NCBI GenBank assembly: GCA_036679605.1
Contig: JAZDCZ010000419.1
Span: 192,001-256,000, forward strand
Source: Gemmatimonadota bacterium
GTDB taxonomy: Bacteria > Gemmatimonadota > Gemmatimonadetes > Gemmatimonadales > GWC2-71-9
Direction: 5' to 3'
Length of the DNA stretch: 64,000 bases
In this document: in pieces, positions 29,138-38,247 of the stretch
Numbering within the stretch: position 1 is the stretch's first letter
Layout of the letters: every line of letters begins with the position of its first letter
Made by a program: the position numbers and the translations under genes
Notes under the pieces: model-generated
The model's input: the letters and a program-made list of their open reading frames with translations, nothing else
Told to the model about the DNA's origin: nothing
Database searches by the model: none

Positions 29138-30394
29138 TTAACCAGTGGGATCCACCACTTTCCCGATAAAGAGAATGGTCCCCGAAATCCGCTCGCGCAG
29201 CACGAAGAGGAACGGCTGGTCGATGACGAACGGCGGCGGCTCACTGATCATGCCGAAGCTGACGGACGTCACCGCCGCCGCTTCCGTGCCCACCTCGTCC
29301 ACCTTGACAAACGTCTTGTGTTGGACCGTACGGATGAAGAGCCCAGCGCCGGGAGTGATGTTGCTGAAGTCTGCCAGCGCTGCGTCGAATGCAATCCCCA
29401 TCCCCAGCGCCGAGAGCACGTCGTTCATTGTGATCTTGTACTCGAACTGGAACTTGGGCATCACCACGATCTTGTTTGCGCTGTCGACCTCGAGCCCGGC
29501 GGTCCACGCCTGCCAGCGATCGCGATCGAACGCGGCGATCACTTCGTCTAGCGTGACACCCGCTGCTGGCACCGCCGCCACCATCGTGAACGCCCCACCG
29601 CCGTACGGCATCTCGATCACGTTCGCCAGTTGGTCGCCGCTGATCCGAACGGGTACCGGGTCCGCATGCGACATGGTGGGGACCGACCTCTCCGTGCCAT
29701 CTCTTAACGTGAACGGCCGGTCGCTGGTGAGCGACTTGTCGAACTGGTTGGTCCAGTCACCCTTGAAGAACACGGCGTTGATCACGAACAGCATGGTTGA
29801 GCGATCGATGGGCCTCGGCGCGATCGAATCGATCCGTCCGTTGGTGTGATCCCTTACCCATCCATCGATAATGTCGGGCGCGTTGGGGGCGCCGAAATCC
29901 AGGGCCTCCACCTGAGCATCGAAAAAGGTGGTGGCCGCGTCCAAGAAGGTGGGGAGCACGGGGGCCTCGGGCCGATGCCATATGGAGTTGGCGAGATTGA
30001 ACGTCACCCGGCGATCCAGATTGACCAACAGGTCGATCAAGCCGCGGTAGCCGTCATTGACCTGGTCGATGGCAAGCCCCTCGAATCCCAAGGTCTTGGC
30101 CATCGAGTCTCTCGTCGCTCCGGCGGCGCCATTGTACGTCATGCCGAGCGCCATGCTCACGCTCAACGGCGAGATAAAGAGGTTTTCGTCGGGATTGGCC
30201 TGGGCATCCACCGCGCGGAACAGACGCATGGCGAAGGAATTGTCGGACTCCACCAACGCCAGCTCCGCCGCGGTCAGCTCCCGGGGCAACACTTCGATGG
30301 GTCCCATGGGTCCTAAGGAGTTGCCACCACCACCGCAGGCAACGGCGAAACCGATGACGGGCACGAACGCGATACGTTTACAGACACGCTTCAT
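29138..30394 (-). CDS. Serpin, lipoprotein
   Basis: Lipobox AVAC; NLFISPLS, NAVFFKGDW, hinge EVGTEAAAVT, FVIDQPFLF..ILFIG. Confidence 0.95.
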   Translation of the reverse strand: MKRVCKRIAFVPVIGFAVACGGGGNSLGPMGPIEVLPRELTAAELALVESDNSFAMRLFRAVDAQANPDENLFISPLSVSMALGMTYNGAAGATRDSMAKTLGFEGLAIDQVNDGYRGLIDLLVNLDRRVTFNLANSIWHRPEAPVLPTFLDAATTFFDAQVEALDFGAPNAPDIIDGWVRDHTNGRIDSIAPRPIDRSTMLFVINAVFFKGDWTNQFDKSLTSDRPFTLRDGTERSVPTMSHADPVPVRISGDQLANVIEMPYGGGAFTMVAAVPAAGVTLDEVIAAFDRDRWQAWTAGLEVDSANKIVVMPKFQFEYKITMNDVLSALGMGIAFDAALADFSNITPGAGLFIRTVQHKTFVKVDEVGTEAAAVTSVSFGMISEPPPFVIDQPFLFVLRERISGTILFIGKVVDPTG

Positions 30395-30457
30395 GATTGG
30401 GTACCTCCGTTATCAAGACAATACACACAGTCACGTAGACCTGTCGCGGTTGGCCGG

Positions 30458-31618
30458 CTATGGTGGCGTCACGGCCCACAGCCCCGCGCGGGTCCCGACG
30501 AGCAGCCGACCGTGGGCCGCATCGACCGCCGTCGCCGTCCCCGTCGCGCCCAAGGCCCCCCGGGGCACGGCGAGCGAGTCCCAACTCGCGCCGCCATTCG
30601 TCGTCCGGTACCACCCCAGGTCCGTCAGTTCCCGGAAGGTGCCGTCGGGATTCTTTTCGAATTCAAGGAACACGGTGGCCGCATAGAGCACATCGTTGAG
30701 CTCGGCGAAACCCGCCACCGCACCACGCGGACCCGCGGCACAGTCCCACGAGCCCCTTGCACCCGCCTCGTCAGATTGCATCAGCCCTAACTCGGCCCCG
30801 AGGAACAGTCGGTCTGGCACGTTGGGGGCCAGGGCGAGTGCGTTGGTCGGCGTCTCGACGACCACGCTGTTGCATGTGGGAACTCCTGCGTCCCAGGTCT
30901 CGCCCCAGTCTGTGCTAAAAACGACAAACGGAACGAAGATGTTGCCCTGCCCCGCCACCCAGAGCAGGCCTGTGCGCGCCGGATCGATCAGGATGTCCAC
31001 GTGCCACGCGCAAATGTTGAAGCTTCCGAACACGAACTGCCACGTCTCTCCGGCATCGAGCGAGCGCAGCACGCCGTGGCAGTTGCTCATGAACACCCGC
31101 TGCGCGTTGCCGGGGTCGACCTCCAGGTCGTCAACGAAGACGCGGTACGGGTTGCGGGACTCCGTCGCCAGCCCCCCGTCAAACGGCACCCACGACTCCC
31201 CCCGGTCGAAGCTGGCGAAGACCGCGGCGCTCGTTGTGTCTTCCTTGGAGCCGTTGCGAAACGTCACGCCCGCGAGGAGGCGCGGCGGGTCGGCCGGAAC
31301 ATAGAGCAGCGCCTTCGGGATGAGGTGGTTGTGCCAGGCTTGCGGACCCAGCGCCGTCCACCCGCCGTCCGACTCGAGCCGGAAGATCCCGTGGTCGTTC
31401 GTGCCCGCGAACAGTCCCCAGGGCGTTACGGCGACCTCGGCTATCCACTCCGACTCGAGCCCCAGCAACGTCCAGCAGCCGCTGTCGAGTTCCAGCGGGC
31501 ATACCTGCGAAGAAGATAGGCTATCCGAGCAGGCGGCGAACATGCCCGCCACAGAAACGACGACGACGGAGCGAACCAGCCAATCCGCCACACGGCCGGA
31601 AATGTGTTGCCGTGCCAT
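30458..31618 (-). CDS. Asp-box (BNR) beta-propeller lipoprotein
   Basis: AAGGAG RBS; lipobox FAAC; SFDRGESW, SLDAGETW, STDWGETW, TTNGGASW. Confidence 0.8.
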   Translation of the reverse strand: MARQHISGRVADWLVRSVVVVSVAGMFAACSDSLSSSQVCPLELDSGCWTLLGLESEWIAEVAVTPWGLFAGTNDHGIFRLESDGGWTALGPQAWHNHLIPKALLYVPADPPRLLAGVTFRNGSKEDTTSAAVFASFDRGESWVPFDGGLATESRNPYRVFVDDLEVDPGNAQRVFMSNCHGVLRSLDAGETWQFVFGSFNICAWHVDILIDPARTGLLWVAGQGNIFVPFVVFSTDWGETWDAGVPTCNSVVVETPTNALALAPNVPDRLFLGAELGLMQSDEAGARGSWDCAAGPRGAVAGFAELNDVLYAATVFLEFEKNPDGTFRELTDLGWYRTTNGGASWDSLAVPRGALGATGTATAVDAAHGRLLVGTRAGLWAVTPP

Positions 31619-31781
31619 ATGAGCGCTCCTTTGATGTTTAAGGATTACCGAAGCCTCACCCGCGACGGCCCGCCACCGTGCCGCCGGGGTCAACCGCCCG
31701 CACACGAACGCACCTCCTCTGTTTGAACTAACCCCATGCCCGATGGAAAGTTGCAGGGGTCCGGCGGCACCGCGGGCCGGT

Positions 31782-33489
31782 TCAGTTCAGACACGGCGGG
31801 GCCTGAGAGTTGACGGTAGCAGACAACTGATCGAACCCGTCGGCACCACCGCTATCCAACACGTTGAGCCTCAAGGTGTAACGCGACAGATCTCCCGTCC
31901 AGACGGTGACGTAACTGTCGCTCCCTATCGGAACGCCATTCCTGCCACTGATATGAGTACATTCCCGTGCCACCAGATACCGCCGAGTCATAGAAGCAGT
32001 ATTCATCCGGTGGGACCATCGTGGAACCAAAGATCGTAACATTCAGGGAAGGGGGTGGCGGGGGGTCCGGGACGCCAACGGCGCGCGCCGCGTCGAGCAC
32101 ACCGTGGCCGAGGTAATCGTCCCGCCCGCCCGCGCCCAGACCATCCGCGGTGTTGAACAGCCGATCCACGATCTGCTGATTCGTCCAGGTTGGATTCTGC
32201 TCTCGAAGCAGGGCGGCCGCGCCCGAAACGTGCGGTGTCGCCATCGAGGTGCCGCACCAACCCGAGGTTTCGTCCTCGTAGCTGTTATTGCCGACCGTGC
32301 TCAGGGCCCAAAACGGCGCCGCAAGGTCCACGTAAACGCCCTTGTTCGAAGCGACCGTTTGGGATGGATCGTTTGGATATGTGCAGGGACTGCTGCCGGC
32401 GAAGCTGCCGTCGGTTTTCACTCCCGAGACGCCGATGACATTCGTGTACTCGGCAGGGTAAAAGTTGGTGGGAGATGACTGGGCGCTGCCCCTGTTTCCG
32501 GCTGCCGCCACGAGCACGACCCCGTCGCTCCACGCCTGGGCGACAGCATTCGCCATCCCGGCGTCGAAAACAGTACCCCCCAGGCTCATGCTCAGCACAT
32601 CGAAAAAAACGCTCGCCTGGATACCAGAGATAATGTCAGTGGTGGGGCACCCGAACTGAATCGGTCCAGAAAAACAGGCGCCGTAAACGAAGACGTCGGA
32701 GGGCGCAACCCCGGGCGCGGCGCCTACCGCTCCGATGCTGTTGTTGCGCGCGGTGAAGATGCCTAGAACGTGGGAGCCGTGCCAGAACGGACCGTCATCG
32801 CAGCCGCCCTCGTTTCCCGCGCAATTGGCGAGTGGCACAAGCGGAAGGTCCTGGTGGCCCCGGTCGTGCCCGGTGTCGATGATCTGAATCTTGGCGGTGG
32901 CACCGGTCGCGCTGTCCCACGCCTCTGGGGCGCGCACGAGATCCATGCCCCATGGTATCGTCTGACCGTTCAGCGATGCCCTCCCGAACGCCTTGATAGG
33001 CGCCTCCACGCCCTGCACAGACAACCGCTGGAGCGGTTCGATATAGTCCACCAGCGGATGGTCGCGCAGAAGCGTAGCCGTCCCAGCCGGCAACAGAACG
33101 TGCGCAGCCCCCATGAACCAGTAGAACTCAATGACCGTGACGCCCCGCTGGGCCAGGACCGCAAGGGCAGCGTCGATCGTGCCCCGGGGAATCGCCTCGC
33201 GCCGCCCGGTCTCGAGCGCACGCGGTGAGGCCGGGGTTTTGAACGCGATCACGGCATGGCCGTCTTCCTCGGCGATCGCCTGCTCCAGTGCGACCGCACT
33301 GGTGTCCCAGGGGCGGGGCTCGGGTGGCAGGTCGATCGTGACGGCCGGGACATCCTGTACCTGAGCTGCTGGCATGCCGGAGAGTCGTGCCGCTACGTCG
33401 CTGTCCGCAATAGGCGGATTCGGCAGATCGGAACATGCCGTCAGTACACTGAGCGCCATGAGCGTGGCGCAGGCGGAACTCCTTACCAT
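31782..33489 (-). CDS. S8 subtilisin-like lipoprotein protease with frameshifted C-terminal Ig/PKD-like domain (as sequenced, ORF stops at 31852)
   Basis: GGAGG RBS, lipobox LTAC, IDTG, HGSHV, AAAGN, GTSMATPHV, poly-Pro linker; frame change at ~31944. Confidence 0.9.
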
Positions 33490-33570
33490 AGTACACCTCC
33501 TTGTGATGAAAGGCACCCGAATCGCCATAATGCTCGGTCAGATGGGCGACGACGATTCTCATGCCTAGCA

Positions 33571-33601
33571 TACAGGGGTCCTGAACACGCCAAAGGTTAC
33601 A
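33571..33601 (-). promoter_or_regulatory. Island ECF promoter motif, copy in front of the S8 gene
   Basis: TGTAACCTTT-ggcgtgttcagga-CCCCTGTA on minus strand. Confidence 0.8.
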
Positions 33602-33792
33602 CGCCAAATACGATCACTTTTGCACACACGACTCAAGTTGTTGCTTTGCAGCAAGTTACGTGTCATGTTCGCGAACTCGAATAGCTCCTCGGCCACGGAA
33701 CGGTCAGCTGAACGCCCGCTCGAGATCGAAGAGACCAGGAACCTGGCCGGCGGCTCACAATCGCACCGCGCACCATCAACTGGATCTTCGCA

Positions 33793-33823
33793 TGTAACCT
33801 TTGCCGTGTTGAACGCCCCTGTA
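33793..33823 (+). promoter_or_regulatory. Island ECF promoter motif, copy in front of the peptide gene
   Basis: TGTAACCTTT-gccgtgttgaacg-CCCCTGTA. Confidence 0.8.
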
Positions 33824-33870
33824 CTGAAGACAGGTGGTTGACGAGAGGCACTCAACACGGAGGATTCCTC

Positions 33871-34089
33871 ATGCAAGTTCCACTACGTAGACTGATACTT
33901 GTCGCTGGTGCCGCGGTCGCTCTGACGGCCATACCCTTGGCGGTCACAGAGTCTGAAAACCGGGTCTCGCTCGGTGTCAGTGACGCATGCGCTCAGGGTG
34001 GTTTCTGCTGTCGCCACGAACAGGGTTCGCTGTGCCCCAGTAGCATACCGGACGGGCAGCCCAAGGGTGACTACACGCCTTGTGGCTAG
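33871..34089 (+). CDS. Small secreted Cys-rich peptide (72 aa)
   Basis: GGAGG RBS; hydrophobic leader; C-terminal DACAQGGFCCRHEQGSLC..TPCG; own promoter motif. Confidence 0.8.
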   Translation: MQVPLRRLILVAGAAVALTAIPLAVTESENRVSLGVSDACAQGGFCCRHEQGSLCPSSIPDGQPKGDYTPCG

Positions 34090-34149
34090 TTAGCTACACT
34101 GATCCGACGTTGAGTTCGGGTACGATAAAAGCTGAGTATCACCAATCGC

Positions 34150-35265
34150 ATGGGGGCAGTTTTCATGCAATGTAGGTGCACTCTCCGCCGGGTCGGTCTC
34201 GCGTGGAGCCTTTCATTGTTAGCGCTGCTCACCCATGCGTGCGGCAGCGAGTCAACCAGCGGGCTACGGTACGGACCGGCTGAACTCGATCACGCGGCCG
34301 TTGGGGTCATTGATGTGAAGAGTAGGACCCTCTTCGAGTCGGACACCCTCGCGCTTCCCTCTGACATAGCGCTCGTAGGCGACAACGTGGTCGTCATAGA
34401 CAATGCCAACGAACCCGCCCTATTCGTTGTAGACAGAACGAGTGGAGAACTGCTGCGTGCGATCGGGAGGCGTGGAGACGGCCCTGGCGAGTTCCGGCAG
34501 CCCTGGACTCTCGACGCTGTTTCGGGTAGCACATCGGAGGTGTGGGTCTACGACTTGGGATTGGGTAGGCTCACAAAGTTGGATGTAACCACCTCTGAGG
34601 ACGCCGCAAGCAGCCGGATCGTTAACCTTGGGAGCAACGGCGCTACAACGGGTCCGATATGGACCGATGCCAACACGATCGTGAGCCTGGGACTCTTTGC
34701 GACCGGACGCCTGGCCGTGTTCAACGTGGACGGCGAGCGGACGGGCACCTTTGGAGTCGTCCCGCTCGGCCCGTCGACGGTCCCGGCAACGGTGAAGCAG
34801 CACGCCTATCAGGCAACACTGGTTCCACATCCCGAGCGACACCTAATGGCAGCGGTCACGAGACACGCCGGCCGCATCGAGTTATATCGGTCCGACGGCT
34901 CGACCGTCGCCATGCTCGACGGCCCGCTGCCCTTCGAGCCCCGCTACACCGTTGGTTCGAATGCGCGCGCAGCGGTGCTGCGAACCGGAGACGACCTGCG
35001 ATTTGGTTATATCGACGGAGCGGGCTCTAACAAATACATCTTCGCACTGTTCTCCGGCAGGACACGGGAGGGATTCCCCGGGCGTGCAAACTTCGCTAGG
35101 TTCGTACACGTATTCGATTGGAAAGGAACCTTCCAGAAAGCGCTGCGCCTGGACCACGACGTGCTGAGCATCGCCATAGACAGGGGGTCAACGACTCTGT
35201 ACGCCGTTACGCACGATCCGACACCGGCAATACTGAGCTACTCGTTATCCATGTTCGTACCGTAG
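34150..35265 (+). CDS. 6-bladed beta-propeller lipoprotein (BF3164/TolB-like)
   Basis: Lipobox THAC; IGRRGDGPGEF; YIFALFSG; VHVFDWKG. Confidence 0.8.
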   Translation: MGAVFMQCRCTLRRVGLAWSLSLLALLTHACGSESTSGLRYGPAELDHAAVGVIDVKSRTLFESDTLALPSDIALVGDNVVVIDNANEPALFVVDRTSGELLRAIGRRGDGPGEFRQPWTLDAVSGSTSEVWVYDLGLGRLTKLDVTTSEDAASSRIVNLGSNGATTGPIWTDANTIVSLGLFATGRLAVFNVDGERTGTFGVVPLGPSTVPATVKQHAYQATLVPHPERHLMAAVTRHAGRIELYRSDGSTVAMLDGPLPFEPRYTVGSNARAAVLRTGDDLRFGYIDGAGSNKYIFALFSGRTREGFPGRANFARFVHVFDWKGTFQKALRLDHDVLSIAIDRGSTTLYAVTHDPTPAILSYSLSMFVP

Positions 35266-35290
35266 GGTTTTCTGGGTACATGCAGCTCGT

Positions 35291-37453
35291 TTAGGAACCG
35301 TCGTCTGCCACATTCACAGCGGTAGGCGCGGTTAGAGCCTCGAGCACGCGCACGATTTCGTCCAAAGAGTTCTCGGACAGCCGTATGCGACTCGACTTGT
35401 CCAGCACCAGGTAAAGCGGTGTCTCCCACAGACCGAGCGCGTCGCGTGCCTTCCCATCCACATGAAAGACTCTCGGTGCGGACGGGTGCTCCTGAACGAA
35501 ACGGTTGAGAGCTAGGGACTGTGACTCCGCCGTTAATATCAACACGCGAACGCCGCGCGGTTCATAACGGGCAGTGACTTGCTGTAAGCGCGGCAGTTCA
35601 CTCAGACACGGGGCGCACAACCAGGACCAGAACGCCACGAGCGTAACTTGGCCACCCGTGAGTTCGTCAAGTCGATGACTGGCACCCGCCGAGTCGGTCA
35701 ACTCCACACCACCACGCACAAAGGTGTTACTCGTGCCGCCGAGAACGCGCTCGTACATCTCGTCTCGTGCGACCCTTGTCAGCTCTGTCCATCGAGCGCC
35801 GTTCACGAGGCCGGTCGCCAGCGCCGCAAGCGAATCCCGGGCAGTAGTCGTGGTATTCGGGTCGACCGCCAGTCTGGCCAACATGCCAACCGCACCGGCC
35901 GTATCGGCAATGCCGAGCCTTACCTCGGCCGATACTCCAAAGACCTCCGTATCCCATCCGGTCGCCGCCGCCTGGTCCAGAGCGTCGAGACCGGCCTCGG
36001 TATCGCCCAACTGCACGAGCGCCCTACCTAGCGGTGCGAGGACTCGGCCACCCTCCGCCTCGTCGTAGCGCCGCTGCTCGCCGATGGTGCGAGTCAGAGG
36101 CCGTCTCCAACCGGCATCGGTGTCAGTGCGTGCCAGCTCATCACGCAGCCGCTCTACAGCGACCCTTCTCAATTCCGGCAGCTCGGCCAGTTGCTTCGCT
36201 ACGGCAAGTGCCGCCCACGGTTTCAGCGCCACGCGGCGGTCGGCCCATCGCAGTATCGCGTCTGGGTCTCCCGCCCGCAGTGCCACAGAAAGTCCCATCC
36301 GAGGCAGTTGAAAGGAGACTGCGCCAACTTCTTGCCACAGACCCTCCAGTTCCCGCAGCGCTCCATCGCGATCGCTCCCATGCGCCGCGATGATCCGAAA
36401 GACACGTTGTTGCACTGCCTGAGGATGGCCCGGTGCTTCAGTTAGCAGCCGATCGCGCCAATAATCGACCCTCCCCGGATCTTGCTCTGCGATGAATCCC
36501 AGCCAGTATAGTCCCGCCAACGTGTCGCCGCTAAGCGAAATGTCATTGGCAAACCGGCTATGCAACTCCTCATAGCGCGCGCTCCAACGTCCGGAGAAAT
36601 CGGTCATGCCGCGCGATCGGGATAAACTTTTCTCAAACCCCGCTAGTCGCGACCAGGCATCGGGATCGTCGGGATATACCTCGGTGGCCCGCCTCGCAGC
36701 TTCCAGACCTCCTTGCCAGTTTCGTCCGCTCAAATCGTTTTGTTGCTGCACCAACGCCCGATAATCCGGCTCGTCGCCATTGAAGACCAGAAGCTCCCAC
36801 AACGCACCACGGTTGCTGTCAACGCGCGCACCCAGCGTATCCTCCACCGCGAATACCGCGTACACCACCGAGTCGGGAAGCTGAACGCTGCCCTCGAATC
36901 TCCTGCGTCCGACTTTCTCCAGTTGAGCCACCACAATCTGTCGGGCGCCGGGATCGTACTCCCGATCGGCAGCCGTCCTGTAGCGAGCGCGGAGTACCAG
37001 GCGAGCTTCGCCCGCGAGCATCGAGGTACTGCGGTACTCCACAGCAATCAGATCGCCGCGCTCGGGCTTCTCGGGTGTCAAGATCAACTCTCCCGACACC
37101 CGCTCGGCCCCCAAGTCCGGAAGCGAGCGAACCAGGAGAGCGCCTGCGCCCACCAGGGCAACCAGCGCGGCGGCTATCATGCCCAGTCGTTTGGGCAGCG
37201 CCGGAAACGGGTCGGACAGCGGCAAAATCACCCGCTCCCCGGCCGCGCGTCTCGCCAGCACGCGTTGCAGGATTGCGGCAGGCGGTTTCTGTGTTGGAAT
37301 TGATCGGGCCTGCTCATCCAGAGCCTGAATCGATGCCACCGTGTTGCGGCACGGCAGGCAAGCGGCCAAATGCTCGGCTACCCGACTACGTCTCTTGGTG
37401 GATAATTCGCCGTCGACGAAACCATGCAGTTCTGAACGAGAGAGGTGTCTCAT
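35291..37453 (-). CDS. zf-HC2 anti-sigma fused to TPR-like region and TlpA-type thioredoxin domain
   Basis: MRHLSRSELHGFVDGEL..HLAACLPC, TM, helical repeats, C-terminal FWSWLCAPCLSELP..ETPLYLVLD. Confidence 0.8.
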   Translation of the reverse strand: MRHLSRSELHGFVDGELSTKRRSRVAEHLAACLPCRNTVASIQALDEQARSIPTQKPPAAILQRVLARRAAGERVILPLSDPFPALPKRLGMIAAALVALVGAGALLVRSLPDLGAERVSGELILTPEKPERGDLIAVEYRSTSMLAGEARLVLRARYRTAADREYDPGARQIVVAQLEKVGRRRFEGSVQLPDSVVYAVFAVEDTLGARVDSNRGALWELLVFNGDEPDYRALVQQQNDLSGRNWQGGLEAARRATEVYPDDPDAWSRLAGFEKSLSRSRGMTDFSGRWSARYEELHSRFANDISLSGDTLAGLYWLGFIAEQDPGRVDYWRDRLLTEAPGHPQAVQQRVFRIIAAHGSDRDGALRELEGLWQEVGAVSFQLPRMGLSVALRAGDPDAILRWADRRVALKPWAALAVAKQLAELPELRRVAVERLRDELARTDTDAGWRRPLTRTIGEQRRYDEAEGGRVLAPLGRALVQLGDTEAGLDALDQAAATGWDTEVFGVSAEVRLGIADTAGAVGMLARLAVDPNTTTTARDSLAALATGLVNGARWTELTRVARDEMYERVLGGTSNTFVRGGVELTDSAGASHRLDELTGGQVTLVAFWSWLCAPCLSELPRLQQVTARYEPRGVRVLILTAESQSLALNRFVQEHPSAPRVFHVDGKARDALGLWETPLYLVLDKSSRIRLSENSLDEIVRVLEALTAPTAVNVADDGS

Positions 37454-37458
37454 CACCA

Positions 37459-38013
37459 CTAGTCTCCTATGATCCTTCGGAGCATGTCTTTGGCGCGGTA
37501 CAGCCTGACCTTGGACGTTCCGGTGGTTATACCAACCATTCTTGCGATCTCCGAATGTGCATAGCCTCCGATCACCCTCATCACAAAGACAATACGCAGG
37601 GATTCCGGAAGATTCGCGATTGCTTCCTCGATCATCATGCGGTCCACGTGCCCCGGAGGCTCCTCTGCGGTTTCGCTCGGCGAGAGAACTTCCAGAGGAA
37701 CCTCGGCTCGCCGCTTTGACGAGCGATTTCTCCGATACGCGGTTCTGAATGCCACCGTCTTGATCCACCCTTCCAGACTGCCATGTCCTTTGTATCCGTG
37801 CAAAGCCTCCGCCAGGTCCATGAACACATCTTGAACGACATCCATGGCGTCTTCGTGCGATTTCGTCAGTCGCACCGCTATACCAAAAACCATTGCTCCA
37901 AACCGCTCAAACAGCTCCGCGATGGCCTCCGGCTCGCCCGACCGCGCCCGGCTCAGGAAAGCGGGTGATTCGAACCGGTCGTTCGCGTCGGTCACCGACA
38001 GCGACGCCCCCAT
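37459..38013 (-). CDS. ECF RNA polymerase sigma factor (island)
   Basis: DAMDVVQDVF, WIKTVA, GYAHSEIA, SKVRLYRA. Confidence 0.92.
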   Translation of the reverse strand: MGASLSVTDANDRFESPAFLSRARSGEPEAIAELFERFGAMVFGIAVRLTKSHEDAMDVVQDVFMDLAEALHGYKGHGSLEGWIKTVAFRTAYRRNRSSKRRAEVPLEVLSPSETAEEPPGHVDRMMIEEAIANLPESLRIVFVMRVIGGYAHSEIARMVGITTGTSKVRLYRAKDMLRRIIGD

Positions 38014-38035
38014 GGAGGCAACGCGGGCCCTATAC

Positions 38036-38066
38036 TACAGGGGCCACGAAGGAGCAAAAGGTTACA
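38036..38066 (-). promoter_or_regulatory. Island ECF promoter motif, autoregulatory copy
   Basis: TGTAACCTTT-tgctccttcgtgg-CCCCTGTA, 22 bp upstream of the sigma ATG. Confidence 0.8.
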
Positions 38067-38247
38067 TGACGTCAATTTCATCGACCGGCTAGAATACGCA
38101 TAAGTCCCCTGTCTTCAAGTCTTTAGCCGCATTGTACCGGCGATCGGCGATCGACAGAACCAACGCCATTTCGTATGCGACTATCAGATTGGGACAGGTT
38201 GAGATTTCCGGCTCCCTCTGGCGAGAAAACCGCTGGCTACTCTAGTA

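Noticed and set aside
31724..31755. TGCAACTTT upstream of the BNR gene as a fourth island promoter
   Set aside because: Only the -35 half resembles the motif; CCCCTGTA is absent
37454..37768. 105-aa N-terminal extension of the 825-aa ORF
   Set aside because: Overlaps the ECF sigma in another frame; the zf-HC2 domain and RBS point to a start at 37453
28953..38247. Integrase or transposase inside the island
   Set aside because: No tyrosine/serine recombinase or DDE motifs in any listed ORF, and no unassigned space large enough
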